A program made the position numbers and the translations under genes. Of a stretch of DNA of 64,000 nt, positions 1-12,722 are shown one piece after another; positions within the stretch are counted from its first letter, which is position 1; the number at the start of each line of letters is the position of its first letter. The notes below the pieces were generated by a model that saw only the letters and a list, made by a program, of their open reading frames with translations, was not told the origin of the DNA and made no database searches. Where the stretch lies: assembly GCA_964016885.1 (NCBI GenBank), contig OZ024758.1, positions 8,990,001 to 9,054,000 of the forward strand, read 5' to 3'. This DNA comes from Eledone cirrhosa (lineage: Eukaryota).

Positions 1-59
1 CTAATTTTGATAACCAAAGCCATTTGATAACATTCTCCATGATTATAATATTAATATTG

Positions 60-200
60 CCAACCACACAATATCTCCATCACTCCCAACACCAATATCT
101 CCATCACTCCATCACTCCCAACACCAATATCTCCATCACTCCATCAATCCCAACACCAATATCTCCATCATTCCCAACACGAATATCTCCATCTGCATCA
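60..200. repeat. Short minisatellite CAACACCAATATCTCCATCACTCC
   Basis: about 5 imperfect copies. Confidence 0.8.
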
Positions 201-319
201 CTCCCAGCATATAATTCAATTCCTCCACTACCATCACCACATCTGTCATCTACTATCATCAGCATACACATACCATGTGTTCATAGTTAATTGTAATCCA
301 CAGTAATTGTAGTGATTAT

Positions 320-615
320 GTGAAGGTGCATGAGTGAGTTAGTGGATAAAGTGTTTAGCTCATGATTGTAAACTTGTGAGTTCCATTCCGGGAGGTGCAC
401 TGGGTCCTTTAACAAGACATTTTATTTCACATTGTTCTGGTTCACACAACTGACAAAAATGAGTTGTATGTGTAATTCAGAGAGTCAGCCTTGTCATACA
501 GTGTCTCCTGTTGAATCTCCCTGAGAATTATGTTATGGGTACACGTATCTGTGGAATACTCAGCCACTTAGACGTTAATTTCATGCACAGGCTGTTTAGT
601 CGTTCCAAAAACTGG
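320..615 (+). mobile_element. tRNA-derived SINE, family B (degraded)
   Basis: GTGAAGGTGC..TTAGTGG head with A/B-box-like motifs and CAAGACA(C/T)TTTATTTC body; similar copies at about 3610, 9012(-), 23660 and 34108. Confidence 0.75.
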
Positions 616-698
616 AACATTCATTCTCTTCTTCTTCATCATCAACATTAGAGATACCATGTTTTTTTAAATACTGTTTTCCAATTAATGTTTTGTAG

Positions 699-750
699 AA
701 CCTTCCAATGGCCAAGATAATATTGGACAAACAAAGCAGCCATCTTTAAG
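699..750 (+). CDS. CUSTOS: Custos (C12orf43)-like protein, internal coding exon (gene starts upstream of window)
   Basis: ttttgtag acceptor, AG|gtatga donor; reads PSNGQDNIGQTKQPSL(R), resembling the QPSLR motif recalled from human Custos; phase fits next exon. Confidence 0.75.
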
Positions 751-981
751 GTATGAAAATAATTTTGGTTACTCCTGTGATGTCATTTGTCTTATGTTAT
801 CAAATGGTTGGAGGTATGGCTGAATAGTTAATGTTTGCTTAACAATTATTAGGTCCCAGCTCTGACTCTACAACACTGCACCTTGGATGATGATGATACT
901 GTAGATTATCATCATTGTTCTTATCATTATAACTTTCTCACCACTGTTAATTCATTATATTTCATTAAACTTATATTTCAG

Positions 982-1077
982 ACAGAACCAAAAGGACGAA
1001 ACTGATTATAAGCAGCTACACACCACTCCAAGCTTTCAAATACATATTGCTAAAAAACTTTCACACATCTTAGACAA
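982..1077 (+). CDS. CUSTOS: Custos-like coding exon
   Basis: tttcag acceptor, AA|gtgagt donor; QNQKDETDYKQLHTTPSFQIHIAKKLSHILD matches the recalled family motif LQTTPEFRAHVAKKLGALLD. Confidence 0.9.
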
Positions 1078-2222
1078 GTGAGTTCACTGTATTAAAATTA
1101 TTATTTTTTTAGAAAGTTTCAGGGAAATTTAGAATTTAAAAATATATTTTGTTGTAATTCACAGAATCTTGTTTCTCCTATTTTACATCCATTTATCTAT
1201 GTTTGCATGGGTAACATTTGCTTTTTTTTTTATCTTGAAGCAATTCTATTATTCATTCCTAACTGTCAAATTCTTATGAAGCAAACAAATGGAAAATCAT
1301 TTTAATCAGCCAGAAAAATGTGAGCAACTAGTGTTATGTACCTTGCTCATTAGGGACCTTATGACTATATGTGCCACTGTCCAGCACCCTAACATCGCCT
1401 TCTTTGTGCTTAATGATTTAGAATCTAATTTTCAATTTCAACCAAGGTTAGCAATGAATGTTTGTAATAAAATAGTTTAAAATATTTTCCATTGATCATT
1501 CTTTCTTCTAAAGAGATAGTTATGTGCTACATTGAAACAACATTGCCATACATAACAACAACAACAACATTCCTCTCAGGAATAAATGGGCAAAGAAGTC
1601 ATTTGAATATTTCTTAGAAATAAATTACAGTAAGCCATAGAATTTATCTGCAGTTGGAGTAATGGTTTCAGAGTCAGTTAGCAGACAGAACATTTGTGGA
1701 ATAGTTTCTCACTCACTTGACCATTGTAATGGATGTATATATGTGAATACAGCAATGATTAGATCTTTGATCCAAAGATGGGCAAGTGTCAGTTATCATA
1801 AGTTCAGGCCGATCCATGCCTTGTGATGAAATATTCCAAGAGCTTGTTTTTACTGTAAACTATATTCCAAGCAAGAAATTTTACAATTGTTTCACAGATT
1901 AAACTTCAAAAGCCTCTTATTTAACAACCAGCTCATGTCATCAGGTACGTAGACTTAATCCATCACCTGGTTTAATACCACCTCTTGGCCCATGGGGGCA
2001 TTCAGTGAAGTCTGCTTTTTTCCAAACATTTTGGTCAGATCTCTAGTTTGAGGATAACTTTCCCTCATCTTCTGATTTTGATGGCCCTGAAAAAAAATAA
2101 TGTGCAGTCTCCCCTCCACTGAATAAGATTCTAATAAAAAAAATGTGTGTCAATTTTGGAATTATGAATTACATATTTTTCAATTTGATAATTATAAATG
2201 TATGTACAAAATTTATCTGCAG

Positions 2223-2284
2223 GGAACTAGAATTTTCTGAAAGCTGTCCCACACTTGACGATTCTCACTCCTTCAGTGACACAG
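2223..2284 (+). CDS. CUSTOS: Custos-like coding exon
   Basis: ctgcag acceptor, G|gtaatc donor; ELEFSESCPTLDDSHSFSDT; phase 2 in and phase 1 out, consistent with neighbours. Confidence 0.8.
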
Positions 2285-2908
2285 GTAATCTATTATCTTT
2301 CCCTTTCAAAGAAAATTGCCTTACTAACAACCTACTTTGGAATCATGTGCAGGTTTAACAGCCACTCTATTTAAAATGCAATGCTGCCAACTAAACCATG
2401 CATTCTCCAACCCAAATAGAAAAGAAAAATGATACTTTATTATCTAGTCTCTTATGGTCTAGAAAATCTACAATACTAGTTGGAAACTAACATTTACTTA
2501 GTCTGACCAAAATATCTTAATTATGAATTTGAAAATCTTACAGAATCCTCTTTTTAAAGGTACACTTAGTTCAGCTTCAACAACATCCCCAAGAAAATTA
2601 TGGTTAGAGTGAGAACTGGGGTCTGGTCCGGATGGTTGCAGCTGAGTTCACTCTGTTTATGAAACTGAAGAACTACAGATGGTGATATCAAACTGGGTAG
2701 TGAGTTATGTCTACAACTTACCCATCTACCCCAGATAACCAGTTAATATTTACTCTAGCTTTAAATGTCTTGGCTGAACTCTCTTGCTGACCCCTTAGAC
2801 AGGCTAAATTGATGTGTTCTGCCAAATATATATTTTTAAAAACTGACATCGACAAACGTAACCATATACTAGTTTTACTTGTCACAACTGATTTTCATTT
2901 TTTTCCAG

Positions 2909-3014
2909 GGATTAAATTGTTATCTACATCAAAAGACTTTGTCAAATTGCACGAAGTAATTCCCATAAAAAAACAGCCCCTGAAAAAGACACACGACAGC
3001 AGCAGTGACAGCAG
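2909..3014 (+). CDS. CUSTOS: Custos-like coding exon
   Basis: tttttccag acceptor, AG|gtagct donor; GIKLLSTSKDF...KKTHDSSSDS parallels recalled human GFRLFFTS...SSSSEDS. Confidence 0.85.
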
Positions 3015-4635
3015 GTAGCTGTACCATTGTTTTACATTTTCAGTAATGTTTTAGTATTTTCAAGGATAACAAAGGAGATAAAACTAAACACTGTCTAGTT
3101 TATTATCTCTGCCCCAACATTTATGAATCATTAGAAAATTTAATTAACTGTTTATAGCTACCTTTATTGGCCTGAGGCAGAACAAAAAAACAGTAAATAT
3201 ATATAGAAGGTGATTGTTAAATAATATAGCTAGTTCTGTAAGAAAGAAACATCTTTTAAATATAAGGCTTCACCGTAACATTTGACTAAATTATATAATG
3301 TAATCATGGGGTTTATATGCCCCATTATTAAACTATATTATTTAGTCATATCTTACTTACATACTTCCTATGTTTAAGAAAACCTGAAAATACCTTACTT
3401 AATCTCTTCTTATATAATGATAATGGTTTGCTGTGTTAGCACAAAGACATATTTAGAAGGGTGATGAGATTGTGAAATAATTACAGCTTGTTCAACAATG
3501 TTTTTGTTATTGATGCTCCGTTTCTTTTTATTCTTGCCAAATGATTTCCACTTTCTTTCTACCACTGGTTGGATTGTTCTATTTAAAGGAAGTGGAGCTG
3601 CAAGTGTTTGGAGGTGTGTGCCTTAGTGGTTAAAGAATTGGATTCACAAGCACAAGGTTATCAGTTTGATTCCTGAGCAAGACATTTTATTTCATGTTAC
3701 TCTTTCTGCCAAGTGTTGTGACTGGTAGATAGTATCAGCAATGGAAACATTGTTTCCTTGCTTCAATTTGATGAGCTCCACCCCATTCAGTAAATGAATG
3801 GGGTTTGGGATCTTGTCAATCGATTTCCTTGGAGCTGCTTGATCTTTCTGATTCCAAATGCTTCACTATGTGGGAGACTGACAACTAATTTTAAACCTGG
3901 GTTTACTGAAGCAAATACAATTGCTGCTGCAAAAATAACTGGAATTATTGTCCCCAATAAATCTCTATCTTTTTAGGATTACTCAACACAAACAAAACCA
4001 ACAACATATATGTGCTGGTGCCATGTCAAAAAGCACCCAGTCTACTTTGTAAGGTGATAGTGCTGGAGTCACAATAAAATATTCCCAGTACATGCTGTTA
4101 AGTGGTTGGCATTAGGAAAAACATCCAACTGTAGAAACCAAGCCAAAAAGATGGACCATGAGCAAGTTTAGCCTCAGTACATGACAACCCAGCTAACCCA
4201 AGTAAGCATGGAAAATAGATGTTAAACAAGGATAATGTTGATAATAAAGATATCTATAAACATCTATCTCTGAAAGAAATTGGCTATGTTCAACTTAGAG
4301 AGGGCTAGGCATTGCCATGTTTAAATGCCCAAAGGCACTCCTATGACTGCATCTGGAGTTCAGGATCTATGAATGGATGTATAATAATAATGCACATACC
4401 ATAAGGGCATCCAGCTGAATGAAGCTTGACAGGATCCTTCAGTTGTGTGAAAGACATGAAAACCTCTCCTGTAAATGATATGCAGACATCCTGGTCTGTC
4501 AGTAGCCCTGCTTCAGTACTGACTTGGCCTCTGTAGACCCATCCAACCCTTGCTAGCAGGGAAAGTGGACGTTAAATGATGACAATGTGTATACATTTTT
4601 TTAAAATGAAAATTTCTTTTTCTGATTTCTAATAG

Positions 4636-4831
4636 TGATGAAGATGCTAAATTTGCAGAAGCTGCTATATCATATAATGCTATCAAGCTGAAGGACCAAC
4701 TTTTGTCAGCATTTGATTCATCAACACAGAAAACAGAAACACCAAAACTGGAAAATGCTTCTAATGATTCCAAAACAAAACAAAAGACAAAAACAAAAAA
4801 GGGAAAGAAAATGAAAAAAGATAAAGATTGA
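4636..4831 (+). CDS. CUSTOS: Custos-like terminal coding exon with Lys-rich NLS-like tail
   Basis: ttctaatag acceptor; DEDAKFAEAAISY... (EAAVS-like motif) ending KKGKKMKKDKD-TGA at 4829-4831. Confidence 0.88.
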
Positions 4832-4950
4832 GAGAAAATGTTGCCTTATTTACTGCAGATGTTTTAAATGCTTGAATAATTGACAATCATTTCTAATGTG
4901 TCTTTTTTTTTTTTTTTTTTTACATGAAAATTTCCAAAATGTTAAAAAGA

Positions 4951-4956
4951 AATAAA
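4951..4956 (+). terminator. Probable polyadenylation signal of Custos-like gene
   Basis: AATAAA 120 nt after the stop codon. Confidence 0.55.
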
Positions 4957-5092
4957 GTTGCTAACAATTAAGTCAAAGATTATTTTAAAGTTGGTGGAAG
5001 AAATGATAAAGTGATGGACAAAATACCTTATGGTGGTTAGTTACATATTAGTTCAGGGTTGATAGCAAAAGTTATCTCCCCTGAAATAATTT

Positions 5093-5241
5093 TGCATTTC
5101 CCGGCGTTAAAGACGCTACTTTTTTCCTAAAATGAGTCTAAAAAATCTATCATGCGTCCTGGAGGCCAAAGGTTGTTTATTATTTGTTGTCAAAATTAGG
5201 GTGCGTCTTCGAGGACGAGTCTTCGGCACCGGGAAATACGG
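5093..5241. mobile_element. pogo/Tigger-like MITE (degraded)
   Basis: imperfect TIRs CATTTCCCGGCG / CACCGGGAAATACGG with internal GCGTC repeats. Confidence 0.55.
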
Positions 5242-5244
5242 AAT

Positions 5245-5440
5245 GCGGTAAGAATCGATGGACAGGCAGGAGACCCAGAGCGAGATGGTTGGATAAAACC
5301 CATGAGTTCAGTTGGTCTCGTTTGAGGACCCAGCCGGGTTAATTGGAAACTGTTGTTTACGAGAGGATTTTCTGGAAGGGATGTTTGAGGACTACCCCCA
5401 TAACCCTCTCAGGAATAAGTGGGCGAGGAAGAACATGAGA
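5245..5440 (+). mobile_element. RTE (Expander-like) LINE 3' fragment
   Basis: GRRPRARWLD...LSW..L type C-terminus; homologous to 32908-33070. Confidence 0.65.
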
Positions 5441-5735
5441 GAAAAAACAAGTTGTAGTTATGTAATCTTGGATTTTAACCATGTTATTTTTTTTTTTTAT
5501 CAATATCAAGACTGTTGATAGATAACTCTGAACAAGTGTCTCTGCAGTTATTTCAATATGGCTGTACTCAACTTTCTTTTAGATGTTCTGAAAATGATCA
5601 ACGTCAATATTTCCATCTGCTCTATATCTAACTAACAATCAAATCATTTATTTATTATAAAGCTCTGATCATGCAACTAAAGGCAGATCACTAACTAGTA
5701 ATTATGATAAATATATCTTTTAAAAAATTAGTTTA

Positions 5736-5783
<48 letters not shown>

Positions 5784-5829
5784 TATTTTCAGGATAAACT
5801 CCTTTAAATGTTTCTATTGTGATGCTGAT

Positions 5830-6100
5830 AGGCGGCAAATTAGCAGTCGTTAGAACTTCTGATAAAATGCATTGCGGTATTCGTTTCCGCTTTCTGCTCT
5901 TTGAATTCAAATTCTGCCGAGGTCAACTTTGCCTTTCATCCAGTCCAGGTCAATAAAAAGTACCAGTCTAGTACTGGGGTCAATTCTTCCTCTATATCTC
6001 TTTCTCACTCTCTATCCTTCTCTGGAAGAAATAATCTGCTGTATTAAAACCTGGAGAGTAGATGGGGCTCCGCCAGCTTTTAAAATGCTCTAGAAACGCT
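5830..6100 (+). mobile_element. SINE family A, long-tail variant
   Basis: TTCAAAT..GCCGAGGTCAACTTTGCCTTTCATCC core plus CTCTGGAAGAAAT..CCTGGAGA..CTAGAAAC tail; also at about 29775, 36050, 40503(-), 48165(-), 58062. Confidence 0.85.
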
Positions 6101-6126
6101 GTAAGTCAATATATCTCCCTCACTCA

Positions 6127-6307
6127 TGGTGGTATCGGTAGAGGGTCGGGCACCATGCTTTGACGCATAGAGTTACGGCCCTTGCCATTCTGAATTCAAA
6201 TCCCGCCGAGGTTAACTTTGCCTTTCATCCTTACGGGGTCGATAAAATAAAGTACCAGTAATATACTGGGTATTTGCTGGCCTTGTGCCTAAAGTAGAAA
6301 CAATTAT
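6127..6307 (+). mobile_element. SINE family A, short-tail variant
   Basis: close match to 14068-14268; ends GGCCTTGTGCCTAAAGTAGAAACAATTAT. Confidence 0.9.
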
Positions 6308-6412
6308 CTTTAAATTAAAATTCTTCCACTTTTCTGCTTTTGTATATTAATCATATTTATATCAATACCATCGAAGACATGTTCTACACTTATGTCCTCT
6401 GCTGCCAAATGC

Positions 6413-6850
6413 TCTCACTACACTCTGTCAAGTGGTTGACACTAGGAAGAGCTCCCACTACACTCTGTCAAGTGGTTGACACTAGGAAGAGCTCCCACTA
6501 CACTCTGTCAAGTGGTTGACAATAGGAAGAGCTCCCACTACACTCTGTCAAGTGGTTGACACTAGGAAGAGCTCCCACTACACTCTGTCAAGTGGTTGAC
6601 ACTAGGAAGAGCTCCCACTACAGTCTGTCAAGTGGTTGACACTAGGAAGAGCTCCCACTACACTCTGTCAAGTGGTTGACACTAGGAAGAGCTCCCACTA
6701 CACTCTGTCAAGTGGTTGACACTAGGAAGAGCTCCCACTACACTGCCAAGAAGTTGGTATTAGGAAGAGCTCCCACTACACTGCCAAGAAGTTGGTATTA
6801 GGAAGAGCTCCCACTACACTGTCAAGTGGTTGGTATGAGAAAGAGCATCC
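6413..6850. repeat. 40-bp minisatellite, about 11 copies
   Basis: unit CACTCTGTCAAGTGGTTGACACTAGGAAGAGCTCCCACTA. Confidence 0.97.
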
Positions 6851-8630
6851 AGTCATCAAAACCAAGATAAAAATGGAATGTATGAACATGTGTTTACCTG
6901 ACCTGTCTAACCTCACAAGCCCATTATAGTAGTAGTAGTAGTAAACTTCAGGTTCAAATTGAACCACTTTAAGACTTAACACAATGTGAATTCTTATATT
7001 AAATGGTTATATACTATCTTTCCTGTTACAATGAGTATTATTATTCTAGAAATCAAGGTATTTGTATACATACTGTTTGGAGTAGGTGATATATTTATAG
7101 TTGAACATGGCTTCTATAGTTTATCAGTCAACAGTTAAGTGGGTTTCACATATACTTTTAGCTAGGATAATGGAAACCAAGTATGTTATTGTAATGCCTA
7201 TATAAATAACAATAACCATTATACTCAGCTCACATAATTCTCACGCTTCCAGAACACTCCTTCTTACAGAGGTGAATAATATAACATAACCTCAGATATA
7301 ATATTTTGGTGTGGCTGTAACTTAAGAAACAGACAAGAGGAGAGCTAAGATTTAAATTTAAAAAATATCTTGAAAGTTTAACCCTTTCATTACTGTATTT
7401 ATAATGAATATACACTCAATTAATGCAGAATTTAGAAGGATTTACTCAAATGATTAATTATTTCGTTCCTAATATAATAACTTAATGTATAGTTCTTGTA
7501 TAATATCATGTTGGAAGATGTAAATTTATTGAGGAATTGTTTGAGATGGATGGTTTTCTTTTATACATTCAGGGCCGGCTTGGTATGAAAAGGGTTAAAC
7601 AAAGTGTCATTGCATATTTTCTTTTTGAAACTGAAACAAAACCTTGAGAACTTTTTAGTTTTTATTTATTTCCTTTTGTAGACTTTTTTTTCTTCCCCTT
7701 AATATAACAATTGTTTAATAATAATAACTTTGAAATTCAGGTCCAATATGTACAAATATAGGGAGAAAGAGAGAAAATAGTCACTGGTGGCATTTGACCA
7801 AATAGACGAGTGTGAGGAGAGATTAACAGAAATAACCTCAACGGAACAACACAGAAAAAATGTTTGATAAACAGTGTTGCGGAGGAGTTTGGGGTCATGG
7901 GTCAGTGTGGGGAGGGGTGTAATGTAAAACAACAGAAATAAAATAACAATAATCGATAACAAAACAAGAAAATCGGGAATATGGGGGTGGGGGAATGGGA
8001 ACAAATGAAAAGAGGATATATATAAAACAACAACAAAAAAAAAACAAACAAAGGGAAAAACCAGATTGACAAAGTTAATTTGTGTATGGGGGTGAAAAGC
8101 TGAGGACAAGAAAGCTACAACCAAATATGTAGTGGTTTGATGTATTTACTCTAGTGAATATATCACGCTATACACTGTGCTGAAAAGTCACATCAGGCTG
8201 GATGTAACACTATGTAGCAACAAAAATAGCAGCAACAACAACAACTATATTAGTAGTAGTAGAAGCAGTGATGGTTGTGTGTAGAAGAGAAGGGTAAAAA
8301 GAGAATTAAGAAGTTGTGTTAATATTGATGTTCAGCAGGAAATCTTGACTCGTACTATTTAAACCATCACTGTCATCAAACACCATCATTGGTGTTATCT
8401 AATGACAGTGACTACAACAATGATGATGACGTTTAGAGCGTCCTTATCAAACCTCGTAATCCAATACTACTATTGCCTTCTTGTTAAATCCTTTCCTAGT
8501 ATAAACTCCATATTGAGGCAGGGAAAAGTTCTGGTAGTAGGTCTACCATAGGAACAAGGAGGCAAGGTGGAATGTGGAGATTGAAAGACTTGCTGAAGTT
8601 GTTCATCTAATAGCTGCAGAGCTGCGTATA

Positions 8631-8648
8631 TTAGGCTTTGAGAAATAT
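8631..8648 (-). CDS. TMEM248: TMEM248 terminal coding exon (IFLKA-stop)
   Basis: tctatttcag acceptor then ATA TTT CTC AAA GCC TAA; gives a 933-nt CDS / 310 aa and parallels the short human C-terminal VALAEA. Confidence 0.7.
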   Translation of the reverse strand: MFLKA

Positions 8649-8825
8649 CTGAAATAGACAACAAAATTCAATTAAAAACCAAAGCTAACACACACACACA
8701 TATATAATTTTAATAGGGAGCTAACATATAGTAGGAAAAGAGTCTTAACTATATATCAAGCGTAAAACTAATATATTACTTCATTGTACTGTGTTGTTTG
8801 CTTTGTTATTTCTGTTTGCCCTTTG

Positions 8826-8978
8826 CATCATCATCATTTCATTTTACGTCCGCTTTTCCCTGCTTGCAAGGGTGGGACGGGAACTGATTCTGGCTTGATT
8901 TTTACAGCTGGATGCCCTTCCTAACACCAACCTCATTTACAGTGAGTGCTGGGTGCTTTTTTTCCATGGCGCCTCCAC
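8826..8978 (-). mobile_element. SINE-like family C with (TGA)n RTE-type tail
   Basis: AGGAAGGGCATCCAGCTGTA..GGACGTAAAATGA(TGA)n on the minus strand; near-identical to 30296-30458; relatives at about 4012, 4400, 9190, 11320, 19150, 27895 and 40995. Confidence 0.85.
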
Positions 8979-9761
8979 GACCACTTTACAGTGGAATGAT
9001 ATGGACCTCAGTCCCTATCATCTCATTTCTACAGCTGAGTAAACTGGAGCAATGTGAAATAAAGTGTCTTGCTCAAGGAAACAACACATCACCCGGTCTG
9101 AGAATTGAACTCACAACCTTTCGATTGCAAGGCCAATGCTCTAACCACTAAGCCATGTGCCTGCATATATATATATATATATATATATATCATCATCATT
9201 GTTGTTGTTTAACATCCATTTTCCATGCTTGCATGGGTCAGACGGGTTGTCCGTGTTGAGAGGCAAGTCTGGCCAGAATTGGCCACACCGTACCTGGCTC
9301 TGACAGGACTGTAAATTTGGCCAGGATTTTTTACAGTTAGATGCCTTTCCTAACACCGACCACCTTTACAGTGTGAAACAGGTCAGTTGGCGGTGCAGAA
9401 CCCTTCTCACAGTCGGAACCACAGTTTGGGAGCCACGGCCACGTTTACAGTGTGGAACTGGATGGCACTGCTATACATTATATAAATAATTATATACATA
9501 TATACGTTTAAATTTGGTGGTTTACCACTGGGTAGAATTGGTCATTCTGCAATGTTAACCATGATGTAATATGAGAAAAACACTCAACATTATGCAACTC
9601 CTCCATCTTCAATGTTGAATCACGCTGGTGCAGGAACGGAGTAACTATTATAAAGTGAAATTACAGGATTTCCCTAATTATTTCATTTAACCCATAAATT
9701 TCCTTAATGCACATTTCAGTGGCCAGGTTCCGTAAATAACAGCAAAAATCATTGGTTAAAG

Positions 9762-10045
9762 AAACCCGTTGCAGTAGTATTGCAGCTATCGCATCGTACT
9801 AGGCACACTAACCCCGTTGCAGTAGTATTGCAGCTATCGCATCGTACTAGGCACACTAACCCCGTTGCAGTAGTACTGCAGCTATTGTATCGTACTAGGC
9901 ACACTAACCCCGTTGCAGTAGTACTGCAGCTATTGTATCGTACTAGGCACACTAACTCCATTGCAGTAGTACTGCAGCTATTGTATCATACTAGACACAC
10001 TAACTCCATTGCAGTAGTACTGCAGCTACTGTAGCTATTGCATCA
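9762..10045. repeat. 48-bp minisatellite, about 5.5 copies
   Basis: unit AACCCGTTGCAGTAGTA(T/C)TGCAGCTAT..ATCGTACTAGGCACACT. Confidence 0.95.
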
Positions 10046-11506
10046 GACTAACACAAACGACCTCCTCTCAAATAACTAAACTGAAATTCATGTCCTACTT
10101 ATTTATTGATTAAACACTCCCAACATTAATCATACCTCAACTGGGAGTGATTCTGAAATGGAGGATAACTGGATAACTGTAAAAAAGACCTTATGTTGAA
10201 ACATAAGAAGTTGTAAGGTCTGAGAGTGTGTGAGATCAATAGAGATGGTGACATCCTGCTCAACAAACATGAATAACTTATGTCAGCAGGAAAATATAGA
10301 CAAAACAATTACCATGATGTATCATCATCATAACACATCCACTTTTCTGTATTGGGTTGGCTGGGTCTTGTTCACACAGCACCTCGAAACTTGTAGAACT
10401 TTATTTCCTTTGTGAGGCTCAACCTCATGAGATGAGGCTTTAACACATCTTCCTCTCTTGCAAATCATCAATGACTTGACACTGGTCAACTCCACTGTCA
10501 CCCTCCATTCCAGTCTAAACTCCACTACACCTAATTCCTCTTAAACCCATTATTTTTACCACGTCATTCATACACATTAACATTACACATCCAGAAGAAC
10601 AGGCTTATTTAATTACTCTTCAGTTTTCATACACCTACTGCATTTAATGCCCATATTATTCTATCATGCAACATCGAACAATCTGCTTTTTACCTGGAGA
10701 AAAAAATCTTCTTGACTGCCCCACCACCACTCCATTTGTTCTTACTCTGTCTACAATGAAACACCTTCCTCCACTTTTAATTAGGTTACCTAGCATTTAA
10801 AAGAATATATTTTATGGTTGCTGTCACTTCTAATTGCTACTAGGTATCTGCTACATATGAAATCGTTTTTCACCCTTTCAACCTGTTTGTGGCCTAATAT
10901 TGAGTATAACCATAACTTAGATGAGAGTAGAGACCTGTCTTTTGTCCTTTTAACTAAAACTTTTGTCTTTGTTAGGTTTCATCATCATCATCATCATTTC
11001 ATTTTACGTCTGCTTTTTCCCTGCTTGCAAGGGTGGGATGGGAACTATTTAAAAAAATCTCTCAAATCAAGGTTTTGATTCTACATTTGGTATTTATTCA
11101 CCAATTCTTCAACAGGGTCAGCACATAGTAGTTCTCGTGGATAGCTGGATTACAACAAAGAAGTGAGGGTTATGAACCATGTCCTAATAGACACCTACTC
11201 ACATGCTAAATTCCTCACTGAACTCATTACTAACTCTTACCAATCATAATTTAATCTGACTGAATATCCGGTTTAGAATAGGTACACCGTATACCTGTAT
11301 GCCGTAAGAGGACAGTTAGTGTCAGGAAGGGCAGCTGGCTGTAAATCATTGCCTCAAAAAGTCCCATCCAACCCATGCTAGCATGGAAAAGTCGACATAA
11401 TAATGATGATGATGATGATGAAGCTGCTAAACCATGTATTTTACAATCACAAGAACTCCAACTGACAGAGAAGACAAAAGTCCATTGTAATGTAGTAAAT
11501 ACTTAC

Positions 11507-11641
11507 TTTTTCTTTATACTGCAAGCTTTTATTTTTACTTGGCCATCCTTTAATAATAGCATAACAGAAAAGAGTAACGACCATCACAAACAGGAAATAA
11601 CTGGTATGCATCAAATGTAGGTTGATAACTGATCGGTCACG
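11507..11641 (-). CDS. TMEM248: TMEM248 coding exon 6 (second TM helix)
   Basis: ttgctag acceptor; RDRSVINLHLMHTSYFLFVMVVTLFCYAIIKGWPSK is nearly identical to the recalled human sequence; AAA|gtaagt donor; absent from the ORF track. Confidence 0.95.
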
Positions 11642-12006
11642 CTAGCAATTAAAAAAGAATTTAAAAAGTTGGTCAGATAAAGCACACAAAGGGAAGGATG
11701 AAAATGTTTAATTATCAAATAGTTTTTTTAACTCTTGTTACCAACCCAGCCAAAACTGGCTCTGAAACAAAACCACCCATACTTAAATTGAAAATTTCCA
11801 ACATAATTTTATATAAGAACCTTACATTAACTTTCTGTCTGAATAATGAAATAATTAATAACTTTAGTAATCCTCTCAAAATTCTTTATTAATTAATTGA
11901 AATAGATTGAAATAGGTTAAATAATCTTAAAATCAAATACTGTGTACAATCCTTACCCATCCATAATAGCAAAACTTGAAACTTCTATCTATGTTCTCCC
12001 CATAAC

Positions 12007-12157
12007 TACCGTACATACGCGAATATAAGCGGCCCCTCCCCATAGTTTATAAACCAAGGCAGCTAATCAGCACATTGTTTAGATGGTGTATATAAGTCAA
12101 CCTCCCATTTTACCATCGGTCACATGCTCCTCTGCTTATACTTGAGTATATATGGTA
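12007..12157. mobile_element. pogo/Tigger-like MITE
   Basis: TA-CCGTACATACGCGAATATAAGC ... GCTTATACTTGAGTATATATGG-TA terminal inverted repeats with TA duplication. Confidence 0.75.
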
Positions 12158-12591
12158 AAATGCCACAATTTACACTAAACCGTAACTATAGCAACCTCAT
12201 CCGGTCATTCCTACAGAAGTCTTTAGAAAGACTGTAGATGCTATATGTACAGCTGCTCCTCAATATCCAATCCAGGGCCTTCTCACTCCTGTTGGATGAA
12301 TCACTCCCTAGTTGACCTCTACTGCTTTCTGTTTTAGTTTTGGTCATATCAGGGGTGTAGCCATACTCACCACACTTGGCCAATTGTGGGTTAGTGAGGC
12401 TATATAACCCACTGTTGGGGTGGATTGCCGTTGACTCTAAGGAGTCCATCCGCCCTTTTAACAGCTCATTTTTTTGCTACTGTAGTTCCACTCTACCTTC
12501 CCCACCAGACCCCAACTGTACAATCCAGTACAACCCAGGGTCTGATGGAGAGCTGCTTTAGTCACTGACCAATTGACCATGAAGTAAGTTG

Positions 12592-12722
12592 TACTGGGTT
12601 ACATGGTAGCAGTAGCAGGCAGACACCTGATCAGAAGTAATTAAGGTGTGTACTGTCTTACTGGGTTACCTGGTAACAGTAGCAGGCAGACACCTCACCA
12701 GAAGTAATTAAGGTGTGTACTA
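12592..12722. repeat. 67-bp tandem duplication
   Basis: TACTGGGTTAC..GCAGGCAGACACCT..AATTAAGGTGTGTACT twice. Confidence 0.9.

Noticed and set aside
6413-6850. CRISPR-like appearance of regular repeats (also 14945, 26334, 43533)
   Set aside because: Head-to-tail units with no unique spacers, no cas genes, eukaryotic context
7699-8124. 141-aa hydrophobic ORF
   Set aside because: T-rich sequence probably in the TMEM248 3' UTR; non-ATG start, no recognisable family
11447-11506. Alternative TMEM248 C-terminus by reading through the exon 6 donor (VSIYYITMDFCLLCQLEFL*)
   Set aside because: GTAAGT donor is consensus and a better-fitting terminal exon exists at 8648; no supporting evidence
12186-12561. 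Opposite-strand ORFs in TMEM248 intron 5
   Set aside because: No family motifs; the TMEM248 frame is complete without them; likely decayed TE
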